A stretch of DNA of 64,000 bases from Lama glama (taxonomy: Eukaryota), in NCBI GenBank assembly GCA_028534125.1, contig CM052818.1:19408001-19472000 (forward strand), written 5' to 3'. Every line of letters starts with the position of its first letter. Positions within the stretch are counted from its first letter, which is position 1. Position numbers and translations under genes: made by a program. The notes beneath the pieces were generated by a model. It was not told the DNA's origin and did no database searches. It worked only from the letters and a program-made list of their open reading frames with translations. Shown piece by piece: positions 1 to 13,420 of the stretch.

Positions 1-444
1 GGGCAATAGGGCAGACTCTCCAGCACCGCCTGTGGGGAGCAGCCTCAGTCTACAGATAACCTGGCCCTGGGCAAGGTGAGACCCGGGCTGGCAAGAGGCC
101 ATCACAGCCTTCTGCAGGGTCACTACCTTGAGTCACTTCCTCCCTTGCTGTGGCTTCCTGCTCACCACGCAGCCTTCTGCCTATAACTCATCTCCCTGTG
201 CTGTTTGCCTGCAGGGTAAAGGGGCGCTAGCCCACAGAGGCAGGGGTCCCAGTCTGCTGGGCAGTTTACTCTGGACTCCCGCACTCACTGTTCTCTTTGC
301 CTGGAATGCCTCTGATCTTGGCTCTGAGGGAGTGGTCTTAACTTAGCTAAGTGGCCCCCCCACCCCCATCCTCATATACCCCCCAACTCGATGTGTCTTT
401 CCATGGTGCTTATCATTCTCTGCTATAAATTATTTGTAGATTAA

Positions 445-2300
445 AAATTAATGGACTATATTTAACAGCAGTTTTATTCTTTAAATTTTTAAAATTGAAG
501 TATGGTTGGTTTATAATGTTGTGTTAATTTCTCATGTACAATATAGTGATTTAGTTATATGATTCAGTTATACATATATATATATATTCCTTTTTATAGT
601 CTTTTTCATTATAGGCTATTGCAAGGTATTGAATGTAGTTCCCTGTGCTATACAGAAGGAACTTGTTGTTTATCTATTTTATATATAGTAGTTAGTATCC
701 GCAAATCTCAAACTCCAAATTTATCCCTCTACCAACCCTCTTTCCCCCCTAGAACCACTAGTTTGTTTTTTACGTCTGTGAGTCTGTTTCCACTTTGTAA
801 ATAAGTTCATTTGTCTCATTTTTTTAGATTCCACCTATAAATGATATTACATGATATTTTTCTTTCTTTTTCTGGCTTACTTCACTTAGTATAATAATGT
901 CTAGGTCCATCCATATTGCTGCAAATGGCATTATTTTATTCTTTTTTATGGCTGAGTAATATTCCATTGTGTTTATATATCACAACTTCTTTCTCCAGTC
1001 ATTTGCTGACATTTAGGCTGCTTCTGTGTCTTGGCCATTGTAACTAGTGCTGCTATGAACATTGGGGTGCATGTATCTTTTTGAATTAGAATTTTCTCCA
1101 GGTATATACCCAGAAGTGGGATTGTGGGATCATATGGTTAAGTCTGTTGTTAGTTTTTTTAAGGAATCTCCATACTGTTTTCCATAATGGCTGTAGCAAG
1201 CTACATTCCCACCAACAGTATATTTACAATAGTTTTGGGGTCACAGCAAAAAGAAGCTGAAGGTGTGAAGAGTTCCCACATAAGCCCTTCCTCTCCCACT
1301 ATGCACCAGTATGACACTTTTGTTTCCTCATTGTTGACCGAAGTCCATAGTTTACATGAGGGTTCACTTTTTTTGTTGTACATTTTATGGGTTTTGACAG
1401 ATTTTAATGACATGTATACAACATTATAGGATCATACAGAGTAGTTTCACTGCCTTAAAAGTCCTCTGTGCTCTGCCCATTTATCCCTGCTTCCCCCCAA
1501 CCTCTGGCAACCTTTGATGTTTTTACTATAGCCATAGTTTTGCCTTTTCCAGAACGTCATGTAGTTAGAATCGTACAGCATGTAGCCTTTTCAGGTGGGC
1601 TTCTTTCACTTAGTAATATGCATTTAAGTTTTCTCTGTGTCTTTTCTTGGCTTATTAGCTCATTTCTTTTTAGGGCTGAGTAATAGTGCATTGTCTGGAT
1701 GTACCACAATTTATTTACCATTCACCTACTGAAGGACATCTTGGTTGCCTCCAAGTTTGGGCAATTATGAATAAAACTGCTATAAACATTTGTGCACAGG
1801 CTTTTGTGTGGACATAAGTTTTTAACTCCTTTGAGTAAACATCTAGGGGCTTGAGTGCTGAATCTTATGGTAAGAATATGTTTCATTTTGTAAGAAACTG
1901 CCAAACTGTCTTTTGGAGTGGCTATACCGTTTTCTAGTCCCACCAGCAATGAAGGAGAGTTCCTGCACTCCACATCCTTGCCAGCATGTAGTGGTGTTAC
2001 TGTTTCTGATTTTGGCCATTGTTAACAGTTCTGTAGAAATATCTCATTGCTGTTTTAATTCACAATTCCTTAACGACACATGATGTTTGGCATCTTGCCT
2101 TCTGCCTCTTTGACATCTGTATTTTCTGTGGTGAGGTATCTATTTGTTCAGATCTTTTGCCCAGTTTTTGAGTTGTTCATTTTCTTATTGTTGAATTTTT
2201 AAAGTTCTCTGTTAATGTTTTGGTTAATGTTCTTTTTTAGATATATCTTTTGTAAATATTTTCTCCCAATCTGTGGCTTATTTTCTGATTCTCTTGATAG
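445..2300 (-). mobile_element. Old LINE-1 3' region (L1MC/L1MB-like), interrupted by a younger L1 at 476-1218
   Basis: Antisense L1 3'UTR/ORF2-end motifs (CAGTTTT..GGTCACAGCAAAA, GTAGCCTTTTCAG..GGCTTCTTTCACTTAG, GGACATCTTGGTTGC); degenerate, no intact ORF. Confidence 0.8.
476..1218 (-). mobile_element. 5'-truncated younger LINE-1 (3'UTR plus ORF2 end)
   Basis: Starts with T-rich tail then AATTGAAGTATGGTTG; contains TTCCCTGTGCTATACAG and CATTCCCACCAACAGT; degenerate TSD TATATTTAACAGCAGTTTT (457-475) / TATATTTACAATAGTTTT (1219-1236). Confidence 0.85.
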
Positions 2301-2394
2301 ATATTTATTTTTTTCTCCAAATGAAATGTATATTCTATGAGATTAGAGACTGCTTTATTCATAGCTGCCTAGCACCTAGTAGGTATTCATTAAA

Positions 2395-2534
2395 TAGAAG
2401 AAAGAAAGAAAGGAAGGAAGAAAGAAAGAAAGATAAAAAGAAAGAAAAGAAAAAAGAAAGAAAGAAAGAAAGGAAGAAAAAGAGAAAGAAAGAAAGGAAG
2501 GAAGAAAGAAAAGGAAGGAAAGAAAGAAAAAGAG
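2395..2534 (+). repeat. (GAAA/GGAA)n polypurine microsatellite
   Basis: About 140 bp of nearly pure A/G, directly visible. Confidence 0.95.
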
Positions 2535-3199
2535 TGAAGAAATAGCATTTTGGTCTATATATTGGTGTTTTATTACTTTGGTTGATGTTAATCTATCCCT
2601 GAAAGACAATGTGCCCTCAGCCTGTTGACAACATCAAGTTTTGGTGCCTTATGAGGGTTAGTCTTGGACCTTGGAAAACTCATCAAGGGATGCTGTGACC
2701 TTGGAAACCCTCTTGGGAACCAGCTGGCCTCTTCCCTTGGCACCACCCTCTCTCTTGCTACACATCTTCTTTCCAACATCAGCAGATGGTATTTCCTATG
2801 AGTGATGGTGTGTTTAGAAACTGAGACTCTCTCCCAACTATTTTGCCTTCTACAAAGGGGTGTGTAATCATGTCCAGCTTTGCCAGTCCTCTGTCAAAGA
2901 GTTCCCAAGGCGCTGCCCCGAGGGGACCACAGCCATTGGCGCTATTGTGGGGCTATTTGCACGTAGTTCACTTGGCGCTCGTCACTTTACCCTCCCCAGC
3001 TTCTGTTCTTTCCCTCCAGTGAGCTCTGAACTCTGTTGGGCTGTGAGAGTTGATCTGGACCTGGAATTTGTGTCACTGTGTCACCTTCCCAAAAATAGGG
3101 GTCAATTATTATGTGTTAATCCCCTAGGGGACTCTTGCTGTCTTTGGAGCTGGGAAAAGGGTACAGGGGAAAAGATGGATGTGGTGGTAACATTCTTGA

Positions 3200-3425
3200 T
3201 AATAGCTAATTTTTTGAGCACTTACATATGCTCGGCCCCATGCCAAGTACATAATATATATTACCTCATTTAACCATCAAAAACTCGGTAAGATAGGCAT
3301 ATCATTACTATTATCCCCATTTTATAGGAGACCAAACTGAGTCACAGCAAAAGTAAGTACACTTGCCAAGGTCAGACAGCAAATAAACAGCAGAGCCAGG
3401 ATTTACGATTAGGACCCACAACATG
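3200..3425. mobile_element. MIR SINE remnant
   Basis: Core motif TATTATCCCCATTTTATAGG..AAACTGAG..CTTGCCAAGGTCA. Confidence 0.75.
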
Positions 3426-4229
3426 CTTTTGACCCCACACCATAGCCCTCTCTCTCCCTGCCCACTGCTAAAAATAATGTCTGTCTTCACAACTCTGCAG
3501 GGGACACAAAATTGGCCTTTAGCCCCTGTGATTCAGGCTGCCCTCCTGAACCCTGAAGTCTTCCCTAGGGTCACCCACCTCATGGCATCATCACCGGGCT
3601 CTGATGCTCCCCACGGAGCCTCCCTCCTCCCACAGAACAAACCTGCAGCTTTGAGGCAAAGGTGCCCCAGTCTCACCCTCCAGTCCTCCTGGAGCCCTTA
3701 TTAGCAGTAGCTTCTCATAAGCCCTTCAAGGAGACCTTGTGGGTTCCAAAATAAAGCATTTAAATGGTTTATTGCCTCATAAACAGTGCTCTGCAAGGAT
3801 GCTGTTGGCCTGTGTTGATTGAAACGCTCTGTTCCTGTATTTTCAGGTTTGGATTTACCTTTCTTGGCTGCGGGTACTTCCTTATTCCGGGCAGGCTGAC
3901 CTTTGTCAGGGGAAGGTTGATATACTGGGCTGGCAGAATGCCCCTCCTGCCTTCCTGGGCCGGTGTGATGGGGAGATACAGGGACATTCTTCCTCTCTTC
4001 TCCAGTTTGAGTGAGCAGGGCTTATCTATGGTGATAAAAGGCTCTGGGTGGCGCAGGGGGCAGGAGAAGAGACATGCAGAATCCCAGTCAATGTCCCGTG
4101 GGTCCTCCACTAGAGCGTCACCTGGGATAACAGCAGTGGCTAACCATGTACGTTAACCTCCGGGTTCTCACGGCTGCCAGCACCCCACCTACAGATGAGA
4201 AAGTGGAGCCCAGAGATTGACTGCCTCAG

Positions 4230-4690
4230 GCTATTACACACCTACCAAGAGACCCCACTGAAGATGGTTCAAACAAAGAGATGTCACTCTGAGAGGTGAG
4301 AGCAGGCATAAGGGACAAGCAAGACTGACAAAGCACCCAGAGACAAACCACAGCAAGTTGTTCTGAACACCCACATGCCTAAAGGATCAGGGATTAGAAA
4401 GAGCGAGACCAGAGATGGGTGAGAATGAGACCCATGGGGTCAGCCTAGTGTCACGGAGGGACACAGCCACCACCAGGACCAGGATCCATGGCAAGGAGAG
4501 CACAGGGCGGAAATAGCCCCTCTCATTTCTCCTGCTCTCCAACTCCTCTCACCCCTTGCCTCCCTTTGGCAAAACCCCATCCAGAACCGAGGTCATGCAG
4601 CCTAAACGGGTCAGTCATTCAGGCACAGAGCACAAGATGTAGGAGGGGACAAGGGGGCCTGGGTGTGCAGATGGAGTGCAACCAGCATAG
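4230..4690. mobile_element. Probable ancient ERVL/MaLR-type solo LTR remnant
   Basis: Resembles old LTR segments (CTCCCTTTGGCAAAACCC..CCAGAA..ATGCAGCC..GGTCAG..GGCACAGAGCA); recognition only. Confidence 0.4.
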
Positions 4691-5729
4691 CAGTGCAGCT
4701 GGCTTTTGAGCCATGAGCTCTTAAGGGCCCTTGTCCTTTGCCGTGGTTCTTTCAAGCCGAGAGGCCCTTCCACCATGCAGCACCAGATGGAAGCACTGGG
4801 CTGGATCACCTATTTATTAATTAGAATGATACTGCTCCCACTTTTCCCCTCTTCCTTCTCCTGTAGGAACCTGTCCCAGGGAATGAAATTGCCTGGATGC
4901 CGGCTTCCAGCTAGCTGGATCCCACGACAGCCCTGACTGCTGTCATTTCATGGGGGGGGGGTTGGTTTGTTTCTTTGTTTCTTGGGTTTGTGCTTACTTG
5001 GTTCAGTGATGGACCCTGGAGAAATCTCCTCCAGTTTCTTATCAGTTATCTGCCCCCCTAACCCTCCATCTCCATCAGTTCAGTATTTCTACCCAAGCCT
5101 TGCATCTTTCTCTACGGATTTTGCTGCCCTTACTGTGAATGGTCAGCCCCTGGTGGCATTACCACTGTCCTGTTGCTGTTCTTATGGGCAGGGAGTAAGT
5201 GAGTGCTTTGATCATCCAGACCAGAGAGAAGATGGGGCAGTGCTGACTCTCTTGGGTGGCACCCCAGGTCTAGTAGGAGCTGAGATGAAACCTTGATGGG
5301 TAGTTGACTGGAAAGCATTGGAATGCTGAAATGTCGTCCCTCTGATTTGTCAGGAAACCATTTTCAGGGCAAGAGGGATGAGGAAGAGTTTATCTTCCAA
5401 TGTGCCTAATGTGGTACCAACAAGATGTTGGCTAGAAACTCAGGGACAATCTGTCCAACTGTCTTTATTTTCCATCCACACACTTTAATCCAGTTGCATC
5501 TGCTTGTCTCTCTTTCCCCTGAAGCTTCTAGATCTGCTAAACCTGGCTGGTCAGAAGTTTGCCTCAAAATAGCATTCCTTGAGGTGATGGGACTTCTGGG
5601 TATCCCAGTCAGACCCAAATTCTTGACTTCTCACCTACTCCCCTCCATCCACCCACCTGGATGCTGATCTCCAGTATCTGTCTGCCTTGCATCTCAACCA
5701 TCAGCTTCACAAATGAAGATGATGACAGT

Positions 5730-5930
5730 ATGTTAGCTACTGTTCCAAGTACTCTATAAATTCTACATGATTTTGTCTTCATAACCCTATTATTATCCCC
5801 ATTTCACAGATGAAGAAAGCAAGGTTTAGACAGATCACATGATTTGGCCAAAGTCACAACCCTAGTAAGTCAGACCTAGATCCTGAATCCAAACCTAGTG
5901 AGGCTTCTAGAACCCACATACTGGCCATGA
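5730..5930. mobile_element. MIR SINE remnant
   Basis: TATTATCCCCATTTCACAGATGAAGAAA..GGCCAAAGTCACA core. Confidence 0.75.
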
Positions 5931-5984
5931 TCCTGCCTTGCTTATTGATGGCAGGGGGTGGGTTTTTCATTCTGTTTTCTTCAT

Positions 5985-7440
5985 TATTTTTAGAGGCTTT
6001 ATTGAATTATAATTTATGTACAATTAACGGCACAATACAAACTGATGAGTTCTGACATATGTATACAGCCATGAAACCATTGCTATAATCAAGATAATGA
6101 ATATGTCTATCACTCCCCAAAGCTTCCCTGTGCTCCTCTGTAATCCATCCCTCACTCCCCCTGTTCCCACCCTGTTCCTAGGCAACCAATTGTCTGCTTT
6201 CTGTCACTATAGATAAATTTGCATTTTCTAGAATTTTATATACAGAAACAGATAGCATGTCCTTTTTTTTTTTGGTCTGACTTCTTTCAGCATAATTATT
6301 TTGCGGTTCATCCATGTTGCTGCATGTATCAATAGTTCATTCCTTTTTATCAGAGAGTCGTATTCCCTTGTATAGGTATATTAAATTTGTTTATCCATTC
6401 ACCTCTTGATGGATATTTGAATTGTTTACAGTTTTTGACGATTTCAAATAAAACTACTAAGAACATTCAAGTACATGTCTTTTTGTAGACATATGCTTGC
6501 TTTCACTTCCCTGGGGTAAATACCTAGGTGTGGAATGGCTGGATCATATAGTAGGTATATGTTTAATATGATGAGAAATGGCCAAACTGTTTTCCAAAGT
6601 GGCTGTGTCATTTTACATCCCTCTCAGCAGTGTTTGAGGAGTTCTGGTTGCTCCATTTCCTTGCCAACATTTGGTATAGTTGGTCTTTTAAATTTTAGCC
6701 ATTCTGGGAGGTATATAGTAGTTTCTCATTTTGGTTTTAATCTGTATTTCCCTGCTGACTAATTACATTAGGCATCTTTTCATGTCTTATTCGCTAACTA
6801 TCTATCTACTTTGGTGAAATGTCTGTTCAATGTTTTGCTCATTTTAAAAATAATTGGGTTGTTTGTCTTATTGAGATATAAGAATTCTTTATATATTCTA
6901 GAACACTTCCTTTGTTAGATAAGGTTTTGCAGCTTTTCGTATGCAACCTTTTCATTTTTATACTGTTCTTTTAAAGAACAAAAGTTTAAAATTTTGAATT
7001 TTCTTTTGATAATTTGTGGGGTTTTTTCCTGGCAATTGCCTGAAGAGAAGGTATTTTCTCTTTTATTATTATTATTACTGTGGTAAAATATAGATAACAT
7101 AAAAATGACCATTTAACTATTTCAAGTGTATAGTTCAGTGGCATTAAATACGTTCACACTGTTACAGTTTGTATTTTTTGAATCCTTTTAAAGAATTTTT
7201 GGCAAACCCAAGGTCACTAAGACTTTCTCCTGTGTTTTCTCTTAAAGGTTTTATAGTTTTAGCCCTAAAGATCAATTTCAAATTAAATTTTGTGTACAGA
7301 ACGGTCAAGGTTCATTTTTGTATATGGCTACACACTTTCCTGCACCATTTGTTTAAAAAATTATCCTTTTTTCAATGAGTTACATCTACATTTTGGTCAA
7401 AAACTGATTGGTTGTTTTTGGACTATTTTCCTGGTTTGTT
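5985..7440 (-). mobile_element. Old LINE-1 (L1MB/L1ME-like) 3' region, with a second short L1 3'-end fragment at ~7060-7168
   Basis: GGCTTTATTGAATTATAATTTA start; GTAAATACCTAGGTGTGGAATGGCTGGATCATAT and CAAACTGTTTTCCAAAGTGGCTG motifs. Confidence 0.8.
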
Positions 7441-9185
7441 TTCAATTCTAATTCTCAACAGGCTGCTGTCTGATTTGCACATACTGTCTTCCTGTATAGA
7501 CTCCCTCACTTGTCACTCTGTACTGATCTGGCTCCTGACCTTCCCTCCTCACTGGTTGATAGATTTCCAGCGGCATTTTCCAGATCTGACCTAATTCTGC
7601 CTATTCCCTAAACTGCATTCAGCCTCGCTGCAGCCTTCCTTGTCTGGGCTCTGTGCCCGGCACCTGAGTCCCGCTGCTGCCTGTAGTCCTGGCGTCATCT
7701 GAGTCCGGGAGGGCAAGGGCTGCAGATGGGTCCAGCTCAGGGCTCAGGGAGCTCGAGCACAGCAGGCTTTCCTGGCCAGTAACTCAGGAAACTGTGACAT
7801 GGGAGACCAGGGATCCAGCCCTCATAACGATGACATGGCTACCAGACTTTCTCAAGACTTCCATGGTCATTGGTGTCAGCCCAATTGTGGATCCTCATTA
7901 GATCCAGAAATGAGATTTGGCAGAAAAAAGTACTGATGGATAAAACTGAACAAGGGAAGTGCAGAGCCTTGCAGATCAGTGTTCTCTCATAAGGAAAGAA
8001 ACCTTATTAAGCATACCTATTCAAGGACAGCCCTGTGGAGTCCATGTATCCTTATATGATTTAGAGGCAGAAGGACCACAATGGGTGATTTCTGACTAAT
8101 CAGCTGTCATGTCTGATTAACAAAAGCTGGAAGAAGCCTCAGGGGTGACTTCCTTACATGGTTTGGACTTCTTTACCAATCTGAAAGACTGGGAGAGTGC
8201 CTCAGGTTTGTCGGGAGACATCACTCTGTATCCATCAGGGTGGACCCAGGGAATGTCGATCTCAGCAGGGGCGGGGCAGCTTGCCTCGCAGACTGTCCAT
8301 GTTAGAGCCTCCAAGCAGGCTGCAGGGGCAAGGGGCATGTCTTCCAGAAGGATTTTATTTTGAATTCAGCTAAAAGGGGACACAGCACAGAACATCCAAA
8401 GCAAAGTAAGGATTTATCCAAATAGCAAAAATATTTTCCACCAGGAATAAAGAATCCCTGGAGTCAGCACATATTCAGGGGAGCATTTGAGGAAGGCTGT
8501 AACCTAGCACAAATATCTCTCCATTCCCAAGAGGCTGGAAGGGCAGACACCATGAATAAACATGTCTTGCATGGGCCCTGGGCTCGGAGTTGTTTTTCCA
8601 GCCACTAGCCACACTTAGGCTCTGGCCTTTGTGAGCCAAAAGCTCTAGTCTGGGAGGTGGTCAGACATGAGGACAGAGGTTTTATTTTAGTGTTGTCCTG
8701 CTTGGTTCATTCAGGGATGATCCTATTAACACCAAGTCTTAACCAAAGTCCCGACCACCCTTTGACAGGAAGTCACACACACGCTTTCCTGGAAATGCGC
8801 ACAGCTTGCTTCTCTTGTGGACAGAAAGTACCTGGATGTGATTGGAGATACACAGGGAGGAAGGAGGCTTGGATTAGCGTCATCATATACTCATTTCATT
8901 CGCCACTTGGCCATGGGTCTTGTCCTAGGGAAATTAGACTGAGGCTAGTCTTTTTCCCAACTTTCTTGGAAACAGATGTAAATCAGAGATTCTTATGCTG
9001 GAGCTTGCCTCTGACATGCCAGGATGTTAATGACTTTCATCTCAGGCTGTCACTTCCTCAACAACAAGTGCTGTGAGTACCAGGGGGTAGAAATAACCTC
9101 CACTGCTCTGGAAAGTGATGAGGGTGAGAAAACTGATAGAAGAGTTTTCTTGGTAAGTAAAGTCTTATAAAAATGAAGCATTTTA

Positions 9186-10206
9186 CAAATGATATGACCG
9201 ATAAGGAGTTATTATCCAACAGCTCATATAACTCAACATCAAAAAAACTCACTACTGATTTTAAAACGGGTAGAAGACTTAAACAGATACTTTTCCAAAG
9301 AAGACATACAGATGGCCAACAGACACATGAAAAGATGCTCAACATCATTAATCATCAGGGAAATGCAAATCAAAACCACAATGAGATATCACCTCACACC
9401 TGCCAGAATGGTTACCATCAAAAAGACCACAAATAAATGTTAGGGAAGATATGGATTAAAGCGAACTCATGTACACTGTGGGTGGGAAAGTAAATTGGTG
9501 CAGCCACTGTGGAAGACAGGATGATGGTTCCTCAAAAAACTAAAAATAGAACTACTATATGATCCAGCAATTCCACTCCTGGGTATATATCCAAAGGAAA
9601 TGAAAACATTAATTTGAAAGATGTACGCATACCAGTGTTCATAGCAGCATTATTTACAATTACCAAGATATGGAAGCAACTTAAATGTCCATCAATGGAT
9701 GAATGGATAAAGAAAATGTGATACACACACACACACACACACACACCACACAATGGAATACTACTCAGCCATAGAAAAAGAAAGAAAAATTGCCATTTGC
9801 AACAACATGGGTAGACTTGGAGGGTATTATGCTTGGTGAAATAAGTCAGACAGAGAAAGACAAATTCTGTATTCTAAAAAATAAAACAAAGTAATGACAA
9901 AAACCAAAAAAGAAGCAGACTCACAGATACAGAGAAAAACTAGTGGTTATCAGTGGGGCAAGAGAAGGGGGGAGTGTCAAGACAGAGATGGGAGTTAAGA
10001 GCTACAAACCACTAAGTATCAAATAAATAAACTACAGGGATATATTGCATAGCACAGAGAATATAACCAGTATTTTATAGTAACTATAAATGGAGTATAA
10101 TCTTTCAGAATTGTGACTGACTATGTTGTACACCTGAAACTTACATAACATCAACTATACCTCAATAAAAATAAATAAATAAATAAATTTAAATAGGAAA
10201 AAAAAA
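9186..10206 (+). mobile_element. 5'-truncated LINE-1 (degenerate ORF2 C-terminus, 3'UTR, poly(A) tail)
   Basis: Degenerate L1 ORF2-end DNA (CATGAAAAGATGCTCAACATC, GAAATGCAAATCAAAACCACAATGAGATA); AATAAA/(TAAA)n/A-tail at 10164-10212; TSD AAAAATGAAGCATTTTA (9169-9185) / AAAAAAGAGGCATTTTA (10207-10223); internal (CA)n at ~9723-9750. Confidence 0.92.
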
Positions 10207-10486
10207 AAAAAAGAGGCATTTTAGGACACGTGCCAAAGTTTCTGACCAGACTCACTGGTAGGCGGATTAAGCTGAGACTTTTGTGATTTGAAATCCAAAT
10301 GGTGTTACAGGAAGAGCATGTCTTTGGAGTCAGATAAATCTAGATTTAAATCCTCACCTTGCATCTATCATCTGAGTGAGTTTGGGAAGACATTTACCTT
10401 TGTTTCTTCACCTGTTAAATGAAGTAATACACAATTCATTGGATTGTCATGAGAATTATTATTTTTTAAAAGTGATAATTTCTTGT

Positions 10487-10559
10487 GGGAGGGGTTCAAT
10501 CCCCAGCACCTCCATTTAAACAAACAAACAAACAAACAAACAAACCTAATCCCCCCCCC
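10487..10559 (+). mobile_element. Truncated tRNA-derived SINE, same family as 39107-39237
   Basis: GGGTTCAATCCCCAGCACCTCCATTTAAA, (CAAA)n, CCTAAT and C-run; the A-box half is missing; sits among MIR fragments (~10310-10710). Confidence 0.75.
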
Positions 10560-11801
10560 AATAACTACTTTTAATTGATTATTATGTGTCGGGCACTGTG
10601 CTAAACACTTTACATTTAATCAGAGCTCATTACTTAGATGGTATAATATTTGCCAAGTGCCTGGTACAGTGTGAACTGTACAGCAGATGATCAGGAAATG
10701 GTACTTGCTGCTACTGTATTATTTCAGAGGGACCAGGAATCTTCTTGCTCCTCTCGTTTCCCTCCTCCCCAGACTGTTGATGCCTAAAGTGAGAAATGTG
10801 GCTGAAAACATAATTGTCTCTGGAAACAAGGAAACACTGGCATTGAAGTTAACCCCAAAGTGTAAGTGACTAATACATCACAGAACCTTTCCTGAGCAGG
10901 GGAAAGGTGTGAGGTGGGATGAAGAGGCAGGTGTGGGTAAGTAGGAGACACACTGAAGATAAACTTTGAGGGCCCTGCTTAACCACCCACCTGCAATAGA
11001 GTTAGGGAGTTTCAAGGGGAGTTTCCCTGGGCCAATGGGGAATTTTCTGTACTTTTTAAAAAAACTCTGGTTGAATGGAAGTGAAAGTTCACATCATAGA
11101 GAACTCAGAGAATTCTGTTTCTGCATCATTGGATTTTGAGAAGCACCTGGGATGAAGGAGATGGAAGTCCCTGCTTGCAGGGGAACCTCCGTGGGGGTTG
11201 CTGGGGCAAGAGCACAGCCTATCTCAAGAGAGGTCTCTGGCTATTTCAGTCCAGACACATCCTTCTACCTTGGGGAACTCCAGGGTAGCGACCCTGAAAA
11301 CTACCAGAACTACCCGGTAGTAGAGACCTGAAGGTCTTCCAATGGGTTTGCAGCTGGAGCAGCTGTCTCTCGGGTGTCTTTCAGATGTTTGCCACAGGAT
11401 ACTATAAAAATATCCTGGTTGTCTACTTTGATAACTTATAATATGCTTACAGGAAGCAAACACCTTCAAGGGCAATTTGAAAGCTTGTAGTTTTCTCCAA
11501 TGTAAGACAATATTGAAGCAAAGTGAAACATTTCCGAGAAAGGGTTCTGGGGAATTTATGTAATGCAGTCTCCAAAGATCACATTTATATATAAATAAAA
11601 ACTTCTCTCTATCAGCCTTGCTTCCCTAAGAACCCAGGCCCCACAAAGGCCATACCCTTGGACTTTTATCAGCTTAGAAAGACATATTTATATGTTTATG
11701 CACTTTGGTTTGTTTGCTCCTCTTTGAGTTTAAAATTATTATTTGTATATATTCCAGTAGCCTTTGAGTTTCACTTCTAGAAACAAATATAAAAAGTGAT
11801 T

Positions 11802-12670
11802 GTTTACGTATCTATTAAATGGCCAAAATCCAAAACACTGACATCAAATGCTGGTGAGGACATGAGGCAAAAGAAACTCTCATTCATTGCTGATGGGAAT
11901 ACAAAATGGTACAGCCACTTTGGAAGATAGTTTGACAATTTCTTACAAAGCTAAACACACCATTACCACATGATCCAGCAATTGTGCTTCTTGCTATTTA
12001 TTCAAATGAGTTTAAAACTTACGTTTACACCAAAACCTGTACATGATGTTTATAACAATTTTATTCATAATTGCCATAACTTGGAAGCAACCAAGATGCA
12101 CTTTGGTAGGTAAATGGATAAACTAGTACATCCATACAATGGAATATTACTCAGTGCTGAAAAGAAATGGGCTACCAAGCCATGAAGAGATATAGAGGAA
12201 TCTTAAATGCATATTATTAAGTAAAAGAAGCCCATCTGAAAAGGCTGCTTACTGTGTGATTCCTACAATACAACATTCTGGAAAAGGCAAAACTATAGAT
12301 ATAGTAAAAAGATCAGTGGTTGCCAGGAACTAGGGAGGGAGGGATAAATAGGTGGAGCACAGCGAATTTTTAGGGCAGTGATATTATTCTGTATGACACC
12401 TAATGGAATATACACATCATTATATATCTGTCCAAGCCCAGAGAATGTACAACACCAAGGATGAACTCTAATGTTACCTGTGGACTTTGGGTGATGATGT
12501 ATCATGTACATTCATCAGTTGTGACAAATGTACCACTCTGGTGGGGGATGTTGATAATGGGTAGGGCTATGCACATGGCGGGGGAGGGGTTTATGGGATA
12601 TATCCTCCTCTACACATATCCTCAGTTTTGCTGTGAAACTAAAACTGCTCTAAAAAATTATCTATTCTAA
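11802..12670 (+). mobile_element. LINE-1 (L1MC-like) 3' fragment
   Basis: GGAATACAAAATGGTACAGCCACTTTGGAAGA..TGTGAAACTAAAACTGCTCTAAAAA end; exact TSD AAAAAGTGATT at 11791-11801 and 12671-12681. Confidence 0.88.
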
Positions 12671-12829
12671 AAAAAGTGATTCTTGGCTGCAGTTCAAAAA
12701 TAGCATAAGGCAGACCCCTCTAGTGTTAAAATCATCAACCCAAAGTTCCATGGTTTGTCACGTCTCCAGGTTGGGGGTGGCAGTGGAGAGAAAGGAAGAT
12801 GTAGCACCTGGCTGCCTGGTTCATATTTG

Positions 12830-13420
12830 ATCACTCATTCACTCATTTATTCATTCATCACATCCTAACTGAGCACCTACTTTGTGCTATTCACTGTACC
12901 TGGTGCTGAGGATACAGTGATGAATAAAACTAACACAAATCTCTGCCCTCGTGGTGCTTCCTTTCTAGTGGGGGAGATGGCATGGGCAGAGGCCCTGAAG
13001 TGGGATCGTGCCTTGAGTGTTGAAGCAACAGTAAGGATGTCTGTGTGGCTGGGGCAGAGGGGTCAGGCAGGGAGAGAAGCAGGGTGGGGGTGGTGGGAGA
13101 GTGATGGGGCTGGACCCTGTAGGCTGTGAAGGTCACAGTCACGGTTTTGGCTTCACTCTGAGTGGTGGTGGGGGAGCCCCTGGGAGAAGTGAACAGAGGA
13201 GTGATGTGGTCCGACCTACACTATCACAGCATCTCCCCAGCTGCTGTATGGAGAATGGACTTGAGGGACACGAGTGGGAGGGGTGCCCTAGCAAGGAGGC
13301 TGCTGCAGTAGTCTGGGCCAAAGACTTCATTGGCTGCACCAGAAGGGCGGCAGCACGGTTGGTGAGAAGTGCTGTTCTGGTTCTGGACATGTTTTGAAGG
13401 TAGTGCTGGTAGCATTTGCT
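12830..13420 (-). mobile_element. L2 LINE remnant
   Basis: (TTCA)n-like tail followed by ACTGAGCACCTACT..GGTGCTGAGGATACAG, typical of an antisense L2 3' end. Confidence 0.75.

Noticed and set aside
2273..2609. Lys/Arg/Glu-rich ORF and its Phe/Leu/Ser-rich antisense partner
   Set aside because: Translations of the (GAAA)n microsatellite
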